In this document: positions 39,234 through 52,004 of the stretch, one piece after another
Position numbering within the stretch: position 1 is the first letter of the stretch
Layout of the letters: each line of letters opens with the position of its first letter
NCBI GenBank assembly: GCA_052426225.1
Contig: JBNJNM010000013.1
Span: forward strand, 558,001 to 622,000
Source of the DNA: Zancudomyces culisetae HAW-14-8
Taxonomy: Eukaryota > Fungi > Kickxellomycota
DNA length: 64,000 bases
Reading direction: 5' to 3'
The notes under the pieces: model-generated
What the model was told of the DNA's origin: nothing
The model's input: only the letters and a program-made list of their open reading frames with translations
Database searches by the model: none
Made by a program: the position numbers and the translations under genes

Positions 39234-39296
39234 GAAGGAACTAACGAAATCATGAAAATTATAGTTGCTCGTTCCTTGTTTAAATTGCTATATTAG
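36582..39296 (+). CDS. ACAD8: Isobutyryl-CoA dehydrogenase (copy 2), canonical active site; 11 exons
   Basis: Same exon structure as copy 1, all GT-AG. Retains [18 protein letters not shown] and [11 protein letters not shown], with the catalytic Glu codon GAA at 39234-39236. Confidence 0.9.
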
Positions 39297-39620
39297 GCCA
39301 CCATCTATACCACTTAGCATATTATTTTCTTTCTGTTTACTAAACTATGTTTTTGTTGTTAGTTTCGTTTCTTTTTCTTTCTTTTTTCAATCTGGATTCT
39401 TTCAGTTTGTCTATAGTTTGGCTAATACTAACTACTTTAAATAATAGTTTTATAAAACCCGGGCCATGTCTTAGCGAAGAAAACATGTGGTTTATTATTA
39501 ATTGTACAATAGCATTAGGTGAAGTCTATACACACAAATTAATTCAAGTGGTACAACCAAAGATTGATAGGAAGGACAAGCAATAGTAATAATGCTTTTT
39601 TACACCTCTTTAAATGTGGT

Positions 39621-40247
39621 TTAGTATAGCTTATGCCTCTTGAACTGTGTAGACCCCAAAGATTTTCGCCCGGCATAGATATTTCGCGCGTTTGTGGTGG
39701 GTGCCCTTTTTACTTGTTGAGTTGGTCCTATATGATGTTGCGTTTTTCTTCTTGCTTCATTTATCCGCTCATCCTCTGCTTTCGTTTCTAATTGTTGTCT
39801 CCTCATCTCTTCCTCCTCCTCAAACTGTATTTTTGTTATATCCTGGTCTCTCCTCTCTTCTTCAGCATCTTGATCTTCAACAGTATCATTTACTTGAGTA
39901 TCTTCTGGCTCGATGTTCGCGCTTTCCGCACTAATGTGATTTGAATTCGAAAGTATTTCGTAGTTTGAGGCACCACCAGTCAAAATTTCAGCCCACACTT
40001 GAATAAGCTGGCTGCTTTGTTCAATTGATGCATTAAATTTCTATTTATGTTTTTTTTTATACAAACATTAATTTTTGGTTTTTGCTATTTGACACACAAT
40101 ACCAGATTCAGGTGTGAACGTTTACGGATGTTGACAAAGCAGTCTTACCTTTATTCTTCTTTGGACTATCTCTACGCAGTCACCAATATCAGCAAAAGTT
40201 CGTGCGATTTCTTTAACATTTTCCAGCTCTTGTATCCTCTTGTCCAT
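39621..40247 (-). CDS. DUO1: DASH/Dam1 complex subunit Duo1-like, about 172 aa; 2 exons
   Basis: Exons 40247-40149 and 40040-39621. RIQELENVKEIARTFADIGDCVEIVQRRIKKFNASIEQSSQLIQVWAEIL...NYEIL follows the Duo1 pattern (ELxxV..I...L...W..IL), then a charged coil and basic tail. Confidence 0.65.
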
Positions 40248-41046
40248 TTTATCGTTTTTCTATTCCTTTTTTCACTGAGCCAAAAATTCTCGTCTTGAAA
40301 AGCCTTGTTTATAGTTAATAGTTGTGTATTTTTGGAAAAAAATTATGCTGGTTCTTACACTAGGTAAATAAACACATCCAATAAAATACCCAATAAAATC
40401 GCGTCGACAATAAAATTAGATATTGTTTGGATTGTTTATTCTGTGGGTTATTGCTGCTTTGCTTTTAATACGTTTGCTATTTAGTTGTGTATATTAAACT
40501 TAATCATCTTTATCCAACAACTAGAAAATAGCGAGCTTGTTCTTATTCTCTTTGCATTTTCAAAGTAAAACAATATTTGCTTCAAAGGTTTGTTTTCCTA
40601 GCACCAATCCACAGTTTGGATTACATTCAAAAGTTAACCACACATATGTCTTTGTATTTCCCGCTATTTGGCGGGGGGTCGATATGTTGCAACTTCCCTT
40701 GTTATGGGAGAGCAACATTTTGCCAGGATATTTGGCCTTTAGCCAAAATTTGCCTTTGAAATTTCGCTAACTTCTCCAATTCCAATTCCCAATCATATCA
40801 AATCCCCAAGCTTTTAAAGGGGCGTATCAAAAAAAATTTTTTTACTCGCCAATTCCTACCAACAGAATAATCAATCGATTTATCAAATAATGTGTATCAT
40901 AGCTGATATCCCGATTTTTTTTCAATAACAGTGTTAAAGTGTAGATTTTCTGAATTTAAACTATTGTATCTTAGCCAAAGGATAGACTTGAAATTAATCA
41001 AATTATACTCTCATTTCTCAGAGCAACAGAAAAAAAGATAGAATCA

Positions 41047-42470
41047 ATGTTTGTCAGTTTACGATCGGTGCGTCCTAGAATCAGCTCTCTAATAGTAAGT
41101 ATATTGTTTACCAGATACTTACCCCGAGATTCCCTCTGATATGACCCACATTTATCGATTACATCGATTCAGCTTGGTATTTAAATAACTTAGTTTCGAA
41201 ATTTGTGCTATTTCTTATCTATTTGTTACTTTGGATCTTTAAATAGACTGGACCTACATTTAGAGGTCTCAAAACCCTTACCCAACTCCCATACTCGACT
41301 GAAGACGGACTGAGCCCACTTTACTCCAAAGAAGCTCTGCATAATATTTATAATGTTCGCCAAAGCCTACTTTTGAATCGTGTTAACGAACTGTCCCAAG
41401 GTATGAATTTATATAAATACTAAGAATTTTTACACAAAATCAATAACAAAGTATTTTTTTCTTTTATATATCTCGTGTTGTTTTTTCATTAATTTAAACT
41501 TTTATTTACTTTGCAATTAGATACAACTTTCGGTCACGAGAATCTCACGGAAATAGTGAAAAGGTCTTCAGTATATCCGGAACACATTGTGCTTTACAAC
41601 AATGCTTCACAAGCTTGGAACACTCTGTTCTTCTTGAAGTCTTTGGTAAATATTTTATACCGATTGTTTTTTATTGATTTTCACATCCTGTGTTTATTTT
41701 TTTTGGATTATGCTGGTGTCTCGTACTAAACATGGATTTAATTTATAACTGTTTTAATAGCGAAAAAATCCATCTCAACCATCGAATATTGTACAGAAAA
41801 CTTTATCTATGCATTACGGGTCATTCGAAGGGTTCAAAAACATTGTAAGACCGGCATTTTATTTAAAATCTTGATTAATAGCATTATTTACCATAACTCA
41901 AAATTTTAAATTGTAGTTCAAGCAATATGCTAAGGGTATTTTTGGAAACGGATGGACTTGGCTAGCCATCGACAACCAAGGAAAACTGCTTATTAAAAAC
42001 ACATATAATGGAGGTAAGATTCATCTTTCTATTTGATCCGGTTGAATGGTATACCTCTGCCCGATGGTCGAATTTTTTATCCTTACTCCGACTTTCTATT
42101 GCCTTACGCTCAATAACATTTTTTAAACGATTTATGTTTACCAACCACAAAATATTTAATGTATTGTGATGGACATGTAGCATCATTATTTTCGATTATT
42201 CCTGAAAACAGCGAGGGTCCTATTAGCATCTCAGACAAAGACTTATACAAAAGAATAAAGGAACTCGAAAACGGAAAATATCCCACCCAAATGGATAGCT
42301 TCTCCCCACTGAAACCAATCTTATGCCTCAATATGTGGATGGACTCCTACATGTTTGATTTTGGATATGACAAGGATAGATACATTGATTCCTTCTGGGA
42401 TGTTGTCAATTGGGATGTTGTTGAGCAAAGGCTAATCAACTCTGAGCAGTCAAATAACGCACTTTATTGA
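41047..42470 (+). CDS. Mitochondrial small-subunit ribosomal protein of Fe/Mn-SOD fold (mS42/mS43; Rsm26/Mrp1-like); about 6 exons
   Basis: Spliced peptide: presequence, LPYSTEDGLSPLYS, LYNNASQAWNTLFFLKSL, IFGNGWTWL, PILCLNMWMDSYMFDFG...YIDSFWDVVNW. SOD fold, but the His/Asp metal ligands are replaced. Confidence 0.75.
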
Positions 42471-42964
42471 TTATAACTTTTTGTTTTCCCTAATCTTCAA
42501 TGTTATTTCCTATACTATATTTTCTATGGCATGAAAAGGCCTTGGTATATACTGATTTTTACAATTCTTAAAGCCCACCACTTTTTTTTTTGGTCTTTAA
42601 TCCGTCCTTCTTTTTGCTCGCTGTTCGCTAATGAATGTGTCAAAATGCTTGACACTTGGAAGCGGCTACATTTTTAACCAGAGGGCCTATGTTGTCTCAA
42701 CACAAACCCCGCTAATTTGATAACTACATAACCAACCAATGTGCTTTTTCTCCCTGCCCAGCTAACTAACTGCTTCAAGTTATTAATGATCACTTTAAAC
42801 CCACCTTCCAAATAATTTCACACGCGCCCCCCCCCCCCCCCCAATATCATAACTCATTAAGGCTGATTCCTTTTTTTTCGATTTCATCTTTTATTTTGTC
42901 AAAAAATGAGCATACTTAAAACGCTATTAAAAGCTGTATACTAGAAAAAGAAACGCCCACGCAA

Positions 42965-43555
42965 TCAGTCATAGGTTTTGTTGAAGAACTTTTTGGATTC
43001 CTTGGCTTCTGGGACAATAGTGTCTTGACCCTTTTGCCAATTTACTGGACAAACTTCACCGTGGATATCAGTGAATTGCAAGGCATCAACCAAACGCAGG
43101 GCCTCATCAACGCTTCTTCCAACTGGGTTGTCGTTGATCATCATGCAACGGATCTTTTGCTCCTTGTCAATCAGATAAAGTCCACGGTAGGCAGTACCTT
43201 CCTCTTCATCCAAAATTTCGAAGCTTCTTGAAATTTCCTTGTTGAAATCTGAGACTAGTGGGAAGTTGAGTTGTCCAACACCACCCTCATGTCTTTCCAT
43301 ACTTGTCCATTGGAAGTGACTATATGCTGAGTCGCATGAAATACCAAGAACTTCTACCCCACGCTTTTTAAACTCTTCGGCCTTTTGACTGAATGCAATG
43401 ATTTCAGTTGGACATACAAAGGTAAAATCTAGAGGATAAAAAAACACAATAAGATATTTCCCCTTATAGTCTGACATGCTGACCTCAGTGAACTCCCCAT
43501 CGTAGATGGCTTGAGCTTTGAATTGTGGTGCTAGTGAATTTGGTTTGAGTACCAT
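42965..43555 (-). CDS. TSA1: Typical 2-Cys peroxiredoxin (Tsa1/Prx1)
   Basis: FYPLDFTFVCPTEI and HGEVCPVNW motifs; 196 aa, intronless. Confidence 0.95.
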   Translation of the reverse strand: MVLKPNSLAPQFKAQAIYDGEFTEVSMSDYKGKYLIVFFYPLDFTFVCPTEIIAFSQKAEEFKKRGVEVLGISCDSAYSHFQWTSMERHEGGVGQLNFPLVSDFNKEISRSFEILDEEEGTAYRGLYLIDKEQKIRCMMINDNPVGRSVDEALRLVDALQFTDIHGEVCPVNWQKGQDTIVPEAKESKKFFNKTYD

Positions 43556-44555
43556 TTTTAACTTTCTTTGTTCTGTATTCTGTTTCTTTATTCTATGCTA
43601 GGGTGAGAGAATAATAGAAGGTGTCCCAGGTCTTTTGCGTTTGAAGGAATAATCTGCTGTTTTATATTTTTTTTATTAAAACTCTTTTTTTTATTGCGCC
43701 CATTTGCGTATTTTTGCGTTTACAGAGCTTACAATAGCATATATGACACTATACCCGCATCTAGCTTTAACTCCAGCCTCGCCTTCACCCCCTCCCCCCC
43801 TCCCCCCCTCATTTCATTTTTTTAATAAACGTATATGATAGGTGCAGCATGCTTTCTCGGAACTACCAACCAATATTTTTAATGGGGTCAAGAACAGTGT
43901 TCAAATCAGGTATATGGCGCATAAAGCGTTTTTTGCAATGTGTTTTTTCTTAGCATAAATCAGGTACATCTTTTTTTCCCTTCAAATCCCAATGCATTGA
44001 ATGAATGAAATCATTTGGATTTGATGCATTTGGATTGGACCTTTGTTTTTTTCGCTTCTAATTACCAGTTCATGCATCCTATCCCATTCCGCCTAGCTCA
44101 CCTCACCTTGCCCTGCCCTGCCTCACCTCACCATAATGGGTGCGAATAGGAAGATCGCTTAGGACCCATACAACAATAATTATGGGTTCCATATGTGGAT
44201 CTTGAACATAGACAGCTAATGTTGCCAATTTTTTACGTGTGGCTAAAGCCCCCCACCCCCACCCTCCCTAGCATTAATCATCCACCTAAATGCTAGTATA
44301 GGAGCTTGCCTTTATTTTACCAGTAATTCACCAATAGTATTATTGCTCTTTTTTAAAGAAAACATTACAAGGGGGAAGGTGGTGGTAGCGTCTTCGACAT
44401 CACCTATCAAAACAAAACCCTATAAAATTATTTCTGCGACTATCACTTGCTAATAAAACTAGTAGAGTATTAGTGGTATCATAAACCTTTGTTGATCTTT
44501 TGGGTCGTACATGCAGATATTACCAATTAATCGTCGTTCCAACTATAGAAACCAT

Positions 44556-44585
44556 CAGTCTTTTGCAGTCTTTTGCAGTCTTTTG
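44556..44585. repeat. Tandem repeat (CAGTCTTTTG)x3
   Basis: Three exact 10-bp units. Confidence 0.8.
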
Positions 44586-45727
44586 CGGTATTATGCCACA
44601 TTTCTGGTAGCGCAAGTGTGCAGGTATGCTGAGTGTGGCCTTAATTCATAGCTATATGGTCCTCTTCTCTTACGACTCATATCAATTAACCTGAAGTTAA
44701 AAAACGAAAGAAAGAAAACTTTTTTTAAATTAGAAATGTTGTGCTACTAATCTAAAATCGAGACATTTAAAAGTTCCCGTAGTAAGAGCTGTGATCAATA
44801 AATATTGTAGACACACTAACCTGAATCTACAATGACCGTCTTAAGTTTATTTACCACTTATTCCTTTGGATAAAAACACTAGTTCTTGCAATAAATTTGC
44901 GTTGAGGCACACACTTTAAACACTAATTTATCAGCCAGCTCAAAGATTGATTTATGTTTGCCATATATTGTTTCTAACTTAGCTGGCACATTTTAGAAAA
45001 AAAATACTATCATCAGTTTAAAAACAACACCCCACTATAATATGATAGAATTCAACATATATGTAATGAGTTTAGAAAAGCAACACCGCACACTTCATCC
45101 CATCTCAGCCCTTCCCATTCCCCCAAAACCAGTCATATTGAGAATGAGTTGGTCATATTATTCTTATTTTTATCTTTTTGACAACCATTTGTTCCCAAAG
45201 TTATTCATCCTCTGGCATATATACTCTTATTCATTTCGCTTAGGCATTTTAGCCATATCTACATCAGCAGCAACTTGATCATGTCTTTTACTCCAAATCA
45301 CAGATGGTCTAACTTTTTTTAACAACTTTGTTTTAGACTTTGCATGTGTTATCACCTCGATTTTTATTTGGCATTTTTGGTCATAAATTCAAAATTAGCC
45401 AATAATCTATAAGAGCAAACAGCCACATCAAAATCATTGCGCAATTTATTCGTCAAAGCGAAATGTAAACAAACGTATACTTTTCATTGGCCTAAAAAAA
45501 AATGGTAAATAGAGAAAAATCAACATTTACAATGGAGAAACGTACAATGAATGAGATATAAACGGAGCACCTATGTCTAGGGGTACAAACCATAAAATAA
45601 TAATAAAACAGGAAGGATAACACCATTAACTCTTGTATTTAACGTGTTATCTTGCTTCTCCAGCGATAACTTAAATGCTAATTAACAAGTACTACCAGAG
45701 ACAAAAACAGAAAAGTTTGCAGTAAAA

Positions 45728-48700
45728 ATGGAATTGATAGAGACTGAGGATTTCATAGCTGTGGACAAGATCAAAAGAACACTACGTGCGGTAATAGGAA
45801 AAGTCAAATATGCCAAGAGATTTGTGACGCAGAGTCCCTCAGAGTTTTTTACAGGAACATCCTTGGAATGTCAAACAGGTAAACCCACTAGAGCCAGTGT
45901 AAATAAAAAACCTAAAAAAGACGAATCAACGCAAGTTAATTCAATTGGCAAAAGGAGCGATGAAATACCACGCCGAACTACCAGAAAGTCAACCCTTCAA
46001 CGATCTAAGGATTGGTATTCTGAAAAGGACAATGTTTGTGTTCTTGAAGACGAATTAGATCTATGGAGCACGCACGGGAATGCACAACTGGCGAGCAAAA
46101 GAGTCGGTAGTGCCAAGGACAATGTTATTTCTGGGAACACTATTTATTATACAAGACAAAAAAAATATTCAAGTACACATTCTAGTGGAAAGAGTACACG
46201 GACTGAATTAGACAAAATCACGGGAGAGAAGCGTTTGACACAAAGTGTCAAAGTATCAAAAGAATATGAAGAGATCAATGAATTTAGGCGGTGTTGTAAA
46301 TGCTACACTAGAGCCCGTTGCTATTGTGACAAAGAAAATAGGTTCCCGATAAAAGCTCGAAAGAAGGTAACGTATTACGAGAGCGAAATTAGTGATGAGG
46401 AAGAGCAATTTTACAGGAGTAGTAAGAGAAAATACAAGAATAACAGTTCGGCAGAAAGAGTAGCGAGTAGAAATAGGGTGCTAATAGAAAAGCCAGAGAC
46501 TTGGCTAATAACCCCGAAAAAGAAGAAAAGTGGTATAAGTAGTAGCCATTTGGTGCACGAAACGAATATTAGAAATGCAGCTTTGAAAAGGCAAATTTTT
46601 AAGCCCACTGGAGAGAAACGAGAATCAAACTTCAGTAGAGCGGGGTTTACGAGTATTTTGGAAAAAAGAGAGGGTAGAAAAGTCAAGAGGAAATATGATT
46701 TTGGCATTTGGAATTGTATTTTGACACAGCGAGAGACAAGCAACAGCAGGTTTTTGATTACCAAGGAGTTGGGATTTCTGTATGAAGAGCTGAAGAAGGT
46801 GTTTACAAGTCTATGGACAGATTGGGTTCAACAAATTATGGAGAACGAGAAAAGAAAGAGTGTATTTTGGTCTGGAGGTATGATTTTTGGGGGAAATGGG
46901 TTACCATTAAAAGTACTAAGTGGATTTGGGGTGGGGAATCATATTGGGGATAAGTATGGAGTGGATGCTGAGGTGGACGTATTGGCGAACGTCTATGAAT
47001 CGATCCCTAGTCATTTGAGAAGGTAAATAGAGTCTAAACATTTATATTGATGGAAAAATGGTGAATATATTATATTTTCTAGCTGAGAGAAGAGGGAGGG
47101 GTGAGTTGGGGTTTGCTTTTAAAAATTAATGGTCCTAAACTATGTGAACTTTACGAAATAGATTTGTTGTCATCCAACACATCACAAATATATGTTATGA
47201 AGAGTTTAGGGAGTTTGGGTGGGAAGAAATATTACTCGAGGCGTTGTTAAGCAGCGGGGCAGTGTATCAGCACAACTGGGTAGTAGAGAGGATTCTACAA
47301 AGTTGCGTGAGACTAAAAGGTGGTGATATATATCCAGATGATGGTGGTGTGAGAGAATTGGAGCTGCTAAAGGTATATAACGAGGGTAGAAAAAGGAGAA
47401 TCCAGGATATTTTTGATGTAGAATGGTTACAAACTGTGCACCGACAAGCCAGTATTCTAGGAAGTAGCGAAACGTTTTTAAACAAGTTGGCAAGGATTAC
47501 TCAACAGTTGGTGAGAGAAGAAGGAACAGGATACAAAGTATACAAGGAGAAGATTGGAATTTCTATGGTCGAGGATTGGTCCAGAGATTTATTGCAAAAG
47601 GATAGATACAAAGGGAATAGCATCAAAAGCGATAAATATCGGGCGAGAAAAAGGAAGAGGGTTGATGAGGAAACAGGTAAAAGTAGTGGCAGCGAAGATA
47701 ACTATGATTTGGAGAATGATTATGAGGAGGAAGATGCGGTTGATAAGGATGGGAGTGGTACCGACAGCTTTATTAGTAAGCTTGGTTATGTGAAGTGGAT
47801 AACCAGGCTTCCAGAAATAGTGGGTGGGAATGAGATGGCGTTAGTGGGAGTACGATTTATCCTGTACAAACTACGTAAAGAGGTACAGAAAATAAGAGAA
47901 AGCGTGGACAGGTTGGATGAAAAGGAAGAAAAAATTATAAGATTAGTAGAGGGACTGAAGATGTTTCGGGTGGTACTAAGTATGAAAATGACAAAGAGCA
48001 TAAAGGAGTACCATCAATTAAATGAGGAGGGGGTTGCTGGGCATTACGATTGTGGGTTTGGGGGGTATGTTGAAATAGACTCATTTGATAAGGACATGGC
48101 TAGTTTTGGCACTATTAGAAAAAACGTGGCTAACAATCACCAAATAACATTATTTATGAAAGCAGTGGGTGAAATACTTAGAAAAACGAACGAAGTGTTA
48201 AAAAGAACGATAAAAATCAAAAAGATACAGCAGCGACGGCAGTGGCAAGGGAAGGGTGGAGAGCAGGTACTTGCAAGAATAATAGAGGAACTGCAGCTAA
48301 CAGTGATGTATATATACAACATGGGAAACGTGCTTTGTGATGTAGCGAAGGTTGTGATACCAGACAGGGGCAACAAATGGGGCTATGGTTGTGATGGTGA
48401 GAGTGTACAGATGGTGAAGAGATTGATAGGCGATTTAAAGGAGTGGGGTGGTGGACCAAAGGTGTTATTTGAGGTGATAAAAAACAACCTTCAGAACCAC
48501 CTTGTACCAGGGAATGAAAGGCGGCTGATTGGAGAGATGAAAAAAATGGTACGAAACTACCAAGTGGTGGTGGAAAAGATGGATAAAGTTGCAAAGATGG
48601 AGAGTATATGGACTCCAAAGTGGATAGTAAAAGGGAGTGGTGATGGCATGGTAAAAGAAGAGGGTGAAACAGGAGGTGATGTGGGTTCACAAGGGGCGAA

Positions 48701-48995
48701 GCGGGATCAAAGGCAGGACGAAAAGGGTAATTTAAATAGAAATGTAATTGGGAATGGAAATGGAAAGGAAGCAATAGTGATGAAGATGAAAAACGAGATC
48801 AAGGGATATTTAGAACTGTTAACAAAAGGGGAGCGTTATAATAACGCCAATAAAAATAGGAACGTTAAAGCTATTGCTATTGGCAATGTAGACAGTTGTG
48901 GGAAACTAAGAGAAACAAAGGAAAATTGTAGGGGTGGGGATAGTAGTGAAGATGAATTGAGTACTCTAGCTCGGCATTCTTTTTTCGTAGTATAG
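45728..48995 (+). CDS. Hypothetical K/R/E-rich protein, about 1040 aa; 2 exons
   Basis: ORFs 45728-47026 and 47244-48995 join in frame through intron 47023-47161 (GTAAAT...TAG), giving ...VYESIPSHLRRFVVIQHITNICYEE.... No family recognised. Confidence 0.65.
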
Positions 48996-49191
48996 TATTA
49001 TTAAGAAACCACAATTTTGTAAGAGTAAATAAATTAAATTAAATTAAATTAAATTAAATTAAAAAAAATTAAAAAGAGAGGGAGTGGTATATTTATTTTA
49101 TTAATTAGATGATGTATAAATGATCGATTTATAAATAATAATGATAGCATAAATAACGAGTTTGAAGAATTTGTAAACTCAAATAAATAAA

Positions 49192-52004
49192 TCACCTATG
49201 TTGTTCTTCTGCATCAAAGTAGTACTCTGAACCAGAATCTGAATCTGAATTTGGATCTGAATTTGGATCTGGACCTGGGTTGGAGTGTGGATGAGATTCC
49301 AAGACAGAATTGACATTGGCATTGGGATTAGTTTCTTGAGTATCAGTGGTGGGTCCGTTGTATAGTAATGAGTTTGTAGCATTTCTTACAGGAGCTAAAG
49401 CATTGGCAAGGAAGTCATATAGAGAGTTGCCGATGGCACTGTTTACAGGAACAGGATCATTAGTATTATTATCATTGTCGTTGTCGTTTCCGTTGTCATT
49501 AGTGGTGGTGGTGGTGGTGGTATCATCAGCAAGGTTTTGTTGTTGCAAGAGTTGTTCAATCTCATCAATTTCATCGGCGTTGTAATTGTTATTGTTGCGT
49601 AACCAGGGCAAGAAAGCCCGTAAGATTCTAGTAATACCAGGCTCATGACCATTATCAAGATCAAGATCAAAGTCATCATCATCATCATCATTGTTACCAC
49701 GAGGATGAGGACGAGGACGAGGGTTGCGGTTATTTAGTTCAGCAAGCAACCGTTCAGCAAATCTAGTGAGGGATTCTCGGTTGTTGAGACCACGTCGGTC
49801 CAAACCATAATTATCTAGTAATAAGGTGGTTGGGTTGATATCGTCTGGTGGAGGCAAAGGATCAAAGGCAAAGCTATCGTTGCTTTTGATGGATTCAGGC
49901 AATTTAGAAATCAAAGTTTGGTAGTCGGAGGCAACAATGTGTCTTGAAAGATTTAGAGGAATCACATATGTACACAACTCTTCTTTTACGCTATTTCCAA
50001 GTGCCAACAAACTCTCGCAGTTGATGAATTTATCTGGAGACGATTCTATTTTATCCGTTTCAGAGTTATTAACAAGCTCAATGGCTCTGGATACTCCCAA
50101 CTTCAACCATTGTCCCGCCTCTCTACTTCGATACAGGGATCCAGATCGTTCGACAAACGCCGAGGCCAACAACTCCATAACTGTATAGCCTTGTTCAAAT
50201 TCCTCGCTGACTAAAATGGGCTTGAAAAATTGGTTTTCTACTATTTCTGATCCCGTCACAATACTCGCGCTTTTAAATAGCTTTGGAATCACCGTGGGGA
50301 ATACCAAAATCGCTTGTACCAACAGATCCAAGCTTTCCTGGTGGTCCTGTTCGCTCAGTTTGTTGGGATCGCTCTGTTTTCTCTGTTTGGCCAATGTGTT
50401 CATCTCCATTTGAAACTTGGCCAGAGCCACCGAATATCTCCAGTTGGGCAATTTCGCCGGTGTTGAAAACTTCCATTCGGAATAAAACTTAAATACATAG
50501 TCGTATTGTTTAGATTTAATCGCAAAATAATCCAAACTCAAAATAGCGCTGAACGGGTCCTGCACAGGGTCCAAGCTCAACAGAACCTTGTTCAACTCAA
50601 ATGCACTTCTCCAGCACCCTCGTTTCGCCAACAGTCCCATTTGTCTAAATAACGCCACAAAGAACGAGCGATTCTGTGACCTCCGATAATCCAGTCGACA
50701 GTTTCCTCCTGTCAACGTAAACCCTGGCCCAAACGACGATTCCAGTGCAAACAACGCCTTTTCTATATATTCTGCAACCTCCTCTGTCATTGCCCCTCCA
50801 ACCTGCTCAAGTCCCAGTGCATACTGAAGCAGTGTATCTACATGGTATGGATTTACATGTAAAAGATTTGCAAGCATATATGGATCGTGCGTACTTAGAC
50901 ATGCAACAAACTCTAGCTGTGCTTCTTGGTATTTGTTAGAATAATTTGCCATAAACCACGTTCCTCCATCTGCTGCCTTTTCCGACCGTTCTTTAATATC
51001 GCTAAACTCCTCGTCGTCTATGTTTATTCGTTCTATACTAAGTCCTGTTTCTTTGCTCATTGCTGGCCAAGTAAATCCTGGCTTGGCAAATATGTATCTC
51101 CTACGCTCCAGCCCTTGTCGCAGTATATACCGTCTTCTCCCCTTCTCTTTTTCCTTTTCCTCTCCACCCAACCTCCGTTTGATTTCCTCTCCTGCATTCA
51201 TACACTTTATATCTCCTCCCACCAATTCTCTACAAAGCTGTAGGTTTTCCTCAATTCTTCTTCTCAAGTCCTCATCTATTCCCCGAGCCGCAGATACTTC
51301 ATCCCCCTTCATCTGGCTAGCCCCTTCCTTCTTTTCTTTTCCTTTCTTGTTCTTTTTGTTTTTATTTTTCTTCTTGTTCGCCGCTGTTCCTTTCTCCTTT
51401 GGTTGCTTGCTCGCTTTTTCTTCTGTATCTCTTTCCTATAAATTTACATTCAATTCACAAGTTTAGCTTTTTTTCTTTTAATTTTCTTCCAACTAGAATA
51501 AATGTATATACAATGATTACTTACATTTTTTTCTTTATCATCGCGATCCTTCTCCTCTCCGCTTGGCTGCTGCTCCTCCATAACATCATTTTCATTGCTA
51601 TTTTCTTCGATTACTGCGACTTCGTTCTCAAGCTCGATAGCACCCTGTTCACCATCCTCGGTTTCCTCAACTTCTGCATTCTTCTTCTTTTTTTTCTTTT
51701 TTTTGCTTTTACTAGCTCCCGTATCCATCCCTCCAAAATCCTCAAGATTTTCAAGTAGTCCAAAACCTACATTTTCTTTTTTTGCCTTTGCCTTTGCCTT
51801 TTTTTTCTTTGATGTTGTAGTCGTAGTCGTAGTTGTAGCTGCTGTTTCGTCAATAGCTACACCATCTTCACCTTCCTCTGCTTGCTCTTGCTCAAGCTTT
51901 TCTCTATTTTTTTCAAGTTCGAGTCTTTTTACTCTTTCCAAATTAGCCTCCAGTTCATCGTATCCTCGGCTCTTTAGTATCTTTTTTATCGCTCGATTTG
52001 ACAT
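49192..52004 (-). CDS. RQC1: Ribosome quality control protein Rqc1/TCF25; 2 exons
   Basis: Exons 52004-51525 and 51435-49192. N-terminal MSNRAIKKI; motifs NPYHVDTLLQ, CRLDYRRSQNRSFFVALFR, RGCWRSAFELNKVLLSLDP..DP, LPNWRYSVALA, FAFDPLPP. Confidence 0.88.

Noticed and set aside
40655-40750. Small hairpins (CCGC-TATTTG-GCGG, TTGGC-CTTTA-GCCAA), and similar ones at ~36345-36428 and ~44162-44190, as structured RNA genes
   Set aside because: Stems are short enough to arise by chance; no tRNA, snoRNA or snRNA boxes recognised.
41047-42470. Fe/Mn superoxide dismutase next to a peroxiredoxin, as an antioxidant cluster
   Set aside because: The metal ligands are absent (NMWMDSY instead of DxWEHAYY). 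This fits the known non-catalytic mitoribosomal SOD-fold proteins, so the adjacency to TSA1 is probably incidental.
44556-44585. Short direct repeats here and at ~34872-34927 (GATGAAAAAAA units) as CRISPR-like or regulatory arrays
   Set aside because: No spacers, eukaryotic context; simple tandem slippage repeats.
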